From: Hypanus sabinus
Taxonomy: Eukaryota
Length of the DNA: 64,000 nt
Direction of reading: 5' to 3'
NCBI RefSeq assembly: GCF_030144855.1
Contig: NC_082733.1
Coordinates: 12,462,001-12,526,000, forward strand
Shown here: in pieces, positions 62,740 to 64,000 of the stretch
How the letters are laid out: the number at the start of each line of letters is the position of its first letter
Position numbering within the stretch: the stretch's first letter is position 1
The notes under the pieces: model-generated
What the model was told of the DNA's origin: nothing
What the model saw: only the letters and a program-made list of their open reading frames with translations
Databases searched by the model: none
Program-made: the position numbers and the translations under genes

Positions 62740-64000
62740 GTAAAGTGTTGTATTCTGGATGTTGGCTTACTGTAAATACCGCGATTTGGATTTCTGCTTT
62801 TGTACCAATACCTTTTGAGAATAGAGTTGTGAGGTCAATAGAGATTTTCTAACCTGGTGTTATTAGATGTAAGGATTAATGAAATCAAATTTGATAGTTG
62901 AAGTTGGGATTCATGATCTAATGGACTGATTGGTTTCCTCTTCATCTCCTGTCCTGGGAGTAATTTGCTAGTATACAAGAGTTTATCTAGAGATTGCAAA
63001 AAAAACTGCGCAGCAGGTAAAGCAGCATCTGTAGAGGCGAAGGAACGATTGATGTTTTGAGTTGGGACCCTGAAGTCCTGATGCAAGGCTCTGACTCAAA
63101 ACATCAGCTATTCCTTTGCTCCACTGATGTTGCCTGACCTAATATGTCCCTTTCCAATCAGCTTGCCTATGTATTTTTTTTTTAAATTCCGTGTCAGGTT
63201 AGCAGATTCAGTCTTTCCATTTGCTCTTTGCTGAGCCGCGCGATCTGACGTGACTGAACTCCCAAGCCTTGTTGCTCAGGACCTGTTCAAGGTGTTCAGG
63301 AACTGAAGCAGTTTTGCTCCATTAACACCTGTCTGGCCAACGACAGGTAAAGATAGGATGCAGCAACCAGTGTGTCAGTGCTGAGCTTAGCCAGTGAAGT
63401 GCTGGGCCTGAGTGAGGGAATGCCAGGGCCTCCATCCTGGAACCAAGTTTAGTGAAGTCAAAACCTCAGGAATAAGGAAAATGGATCACAATTTCCGAAA
63501 GGGATTGATAATCGGGTATGTTGTAACGTGAACAAAGTCAATAGAGAGGCGTTGAAGCTAGTGGATACAGAAATGGTTTATTTAACAAACTCTTGGAGGA
63601 AGAGGCTTGCTTGACCGACTATTACATGACATTTTATATGCTGAAGATCAATGGTAACTGCAGGACAATTCTATAGTTACTGAGCCTCCTTTGAATTGCA
63701 TGTATTTGTCACAGACCTCCCACACTCACACCCACACTCCCGACACCCAAAATGAATGTTAATCAGCATTGTCTGATTTTCAATCGACTAGTGTCCACGG
63801 CTCCAGGAAAACTCCTGTTCAGGGCTGCATTTTAAATTTAATTTACAATCCATGTTCATGTCTGAGAATGCCTGCTGTTGAATTTAATATTTGTTACATA
63901 CCCTAACTCCAGAATACCCCCAAGCAGGGTAGATGACATTCTTGACAAGTGCTCGCTAATCAATAAGCTGGTTGATCCGACATTGTCCTGGTCATTCTGA

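Overview
Eukaryotic, repeat-dense genomic DNA. The repeat set (HE1/V-SINE-like SINEs, elasmobranch-type CR1, Rex1/Babar and Penelope families) points to a cartilaginous fish, probably a ray; this is an inference. The only host gene I can support is a + strand ceramide synthase of the CERS2/CERS3 group, most like CERS3. Six coding exons (39475-62739) give 204 aa (N-terminal TM region, Hox-like domain, start of the TLC domain), and the gene continues past the window. A CpG island at about 18.7-19.5 kb is its plausible promoter. Most of the rest is nested transposable elements: a deleted Gmr1-like Ty3/Gypsy LTR element carrying a solo LTR, a young 5'-truncated L1 inside a Rex1/Babar LINE, two hAT-Charlie elements that each carry the same small LTR at different sites, Tc1/Tigger MITEs, CR1 and RTE fragments, and many short palindromic Penelope-derived elements with decayed minimal hammerhead ribozyme cores. 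There is one 216-nt assembly gap. I see no CRISPR, rRNA or true tRNA genes. All alignments were done by eye.
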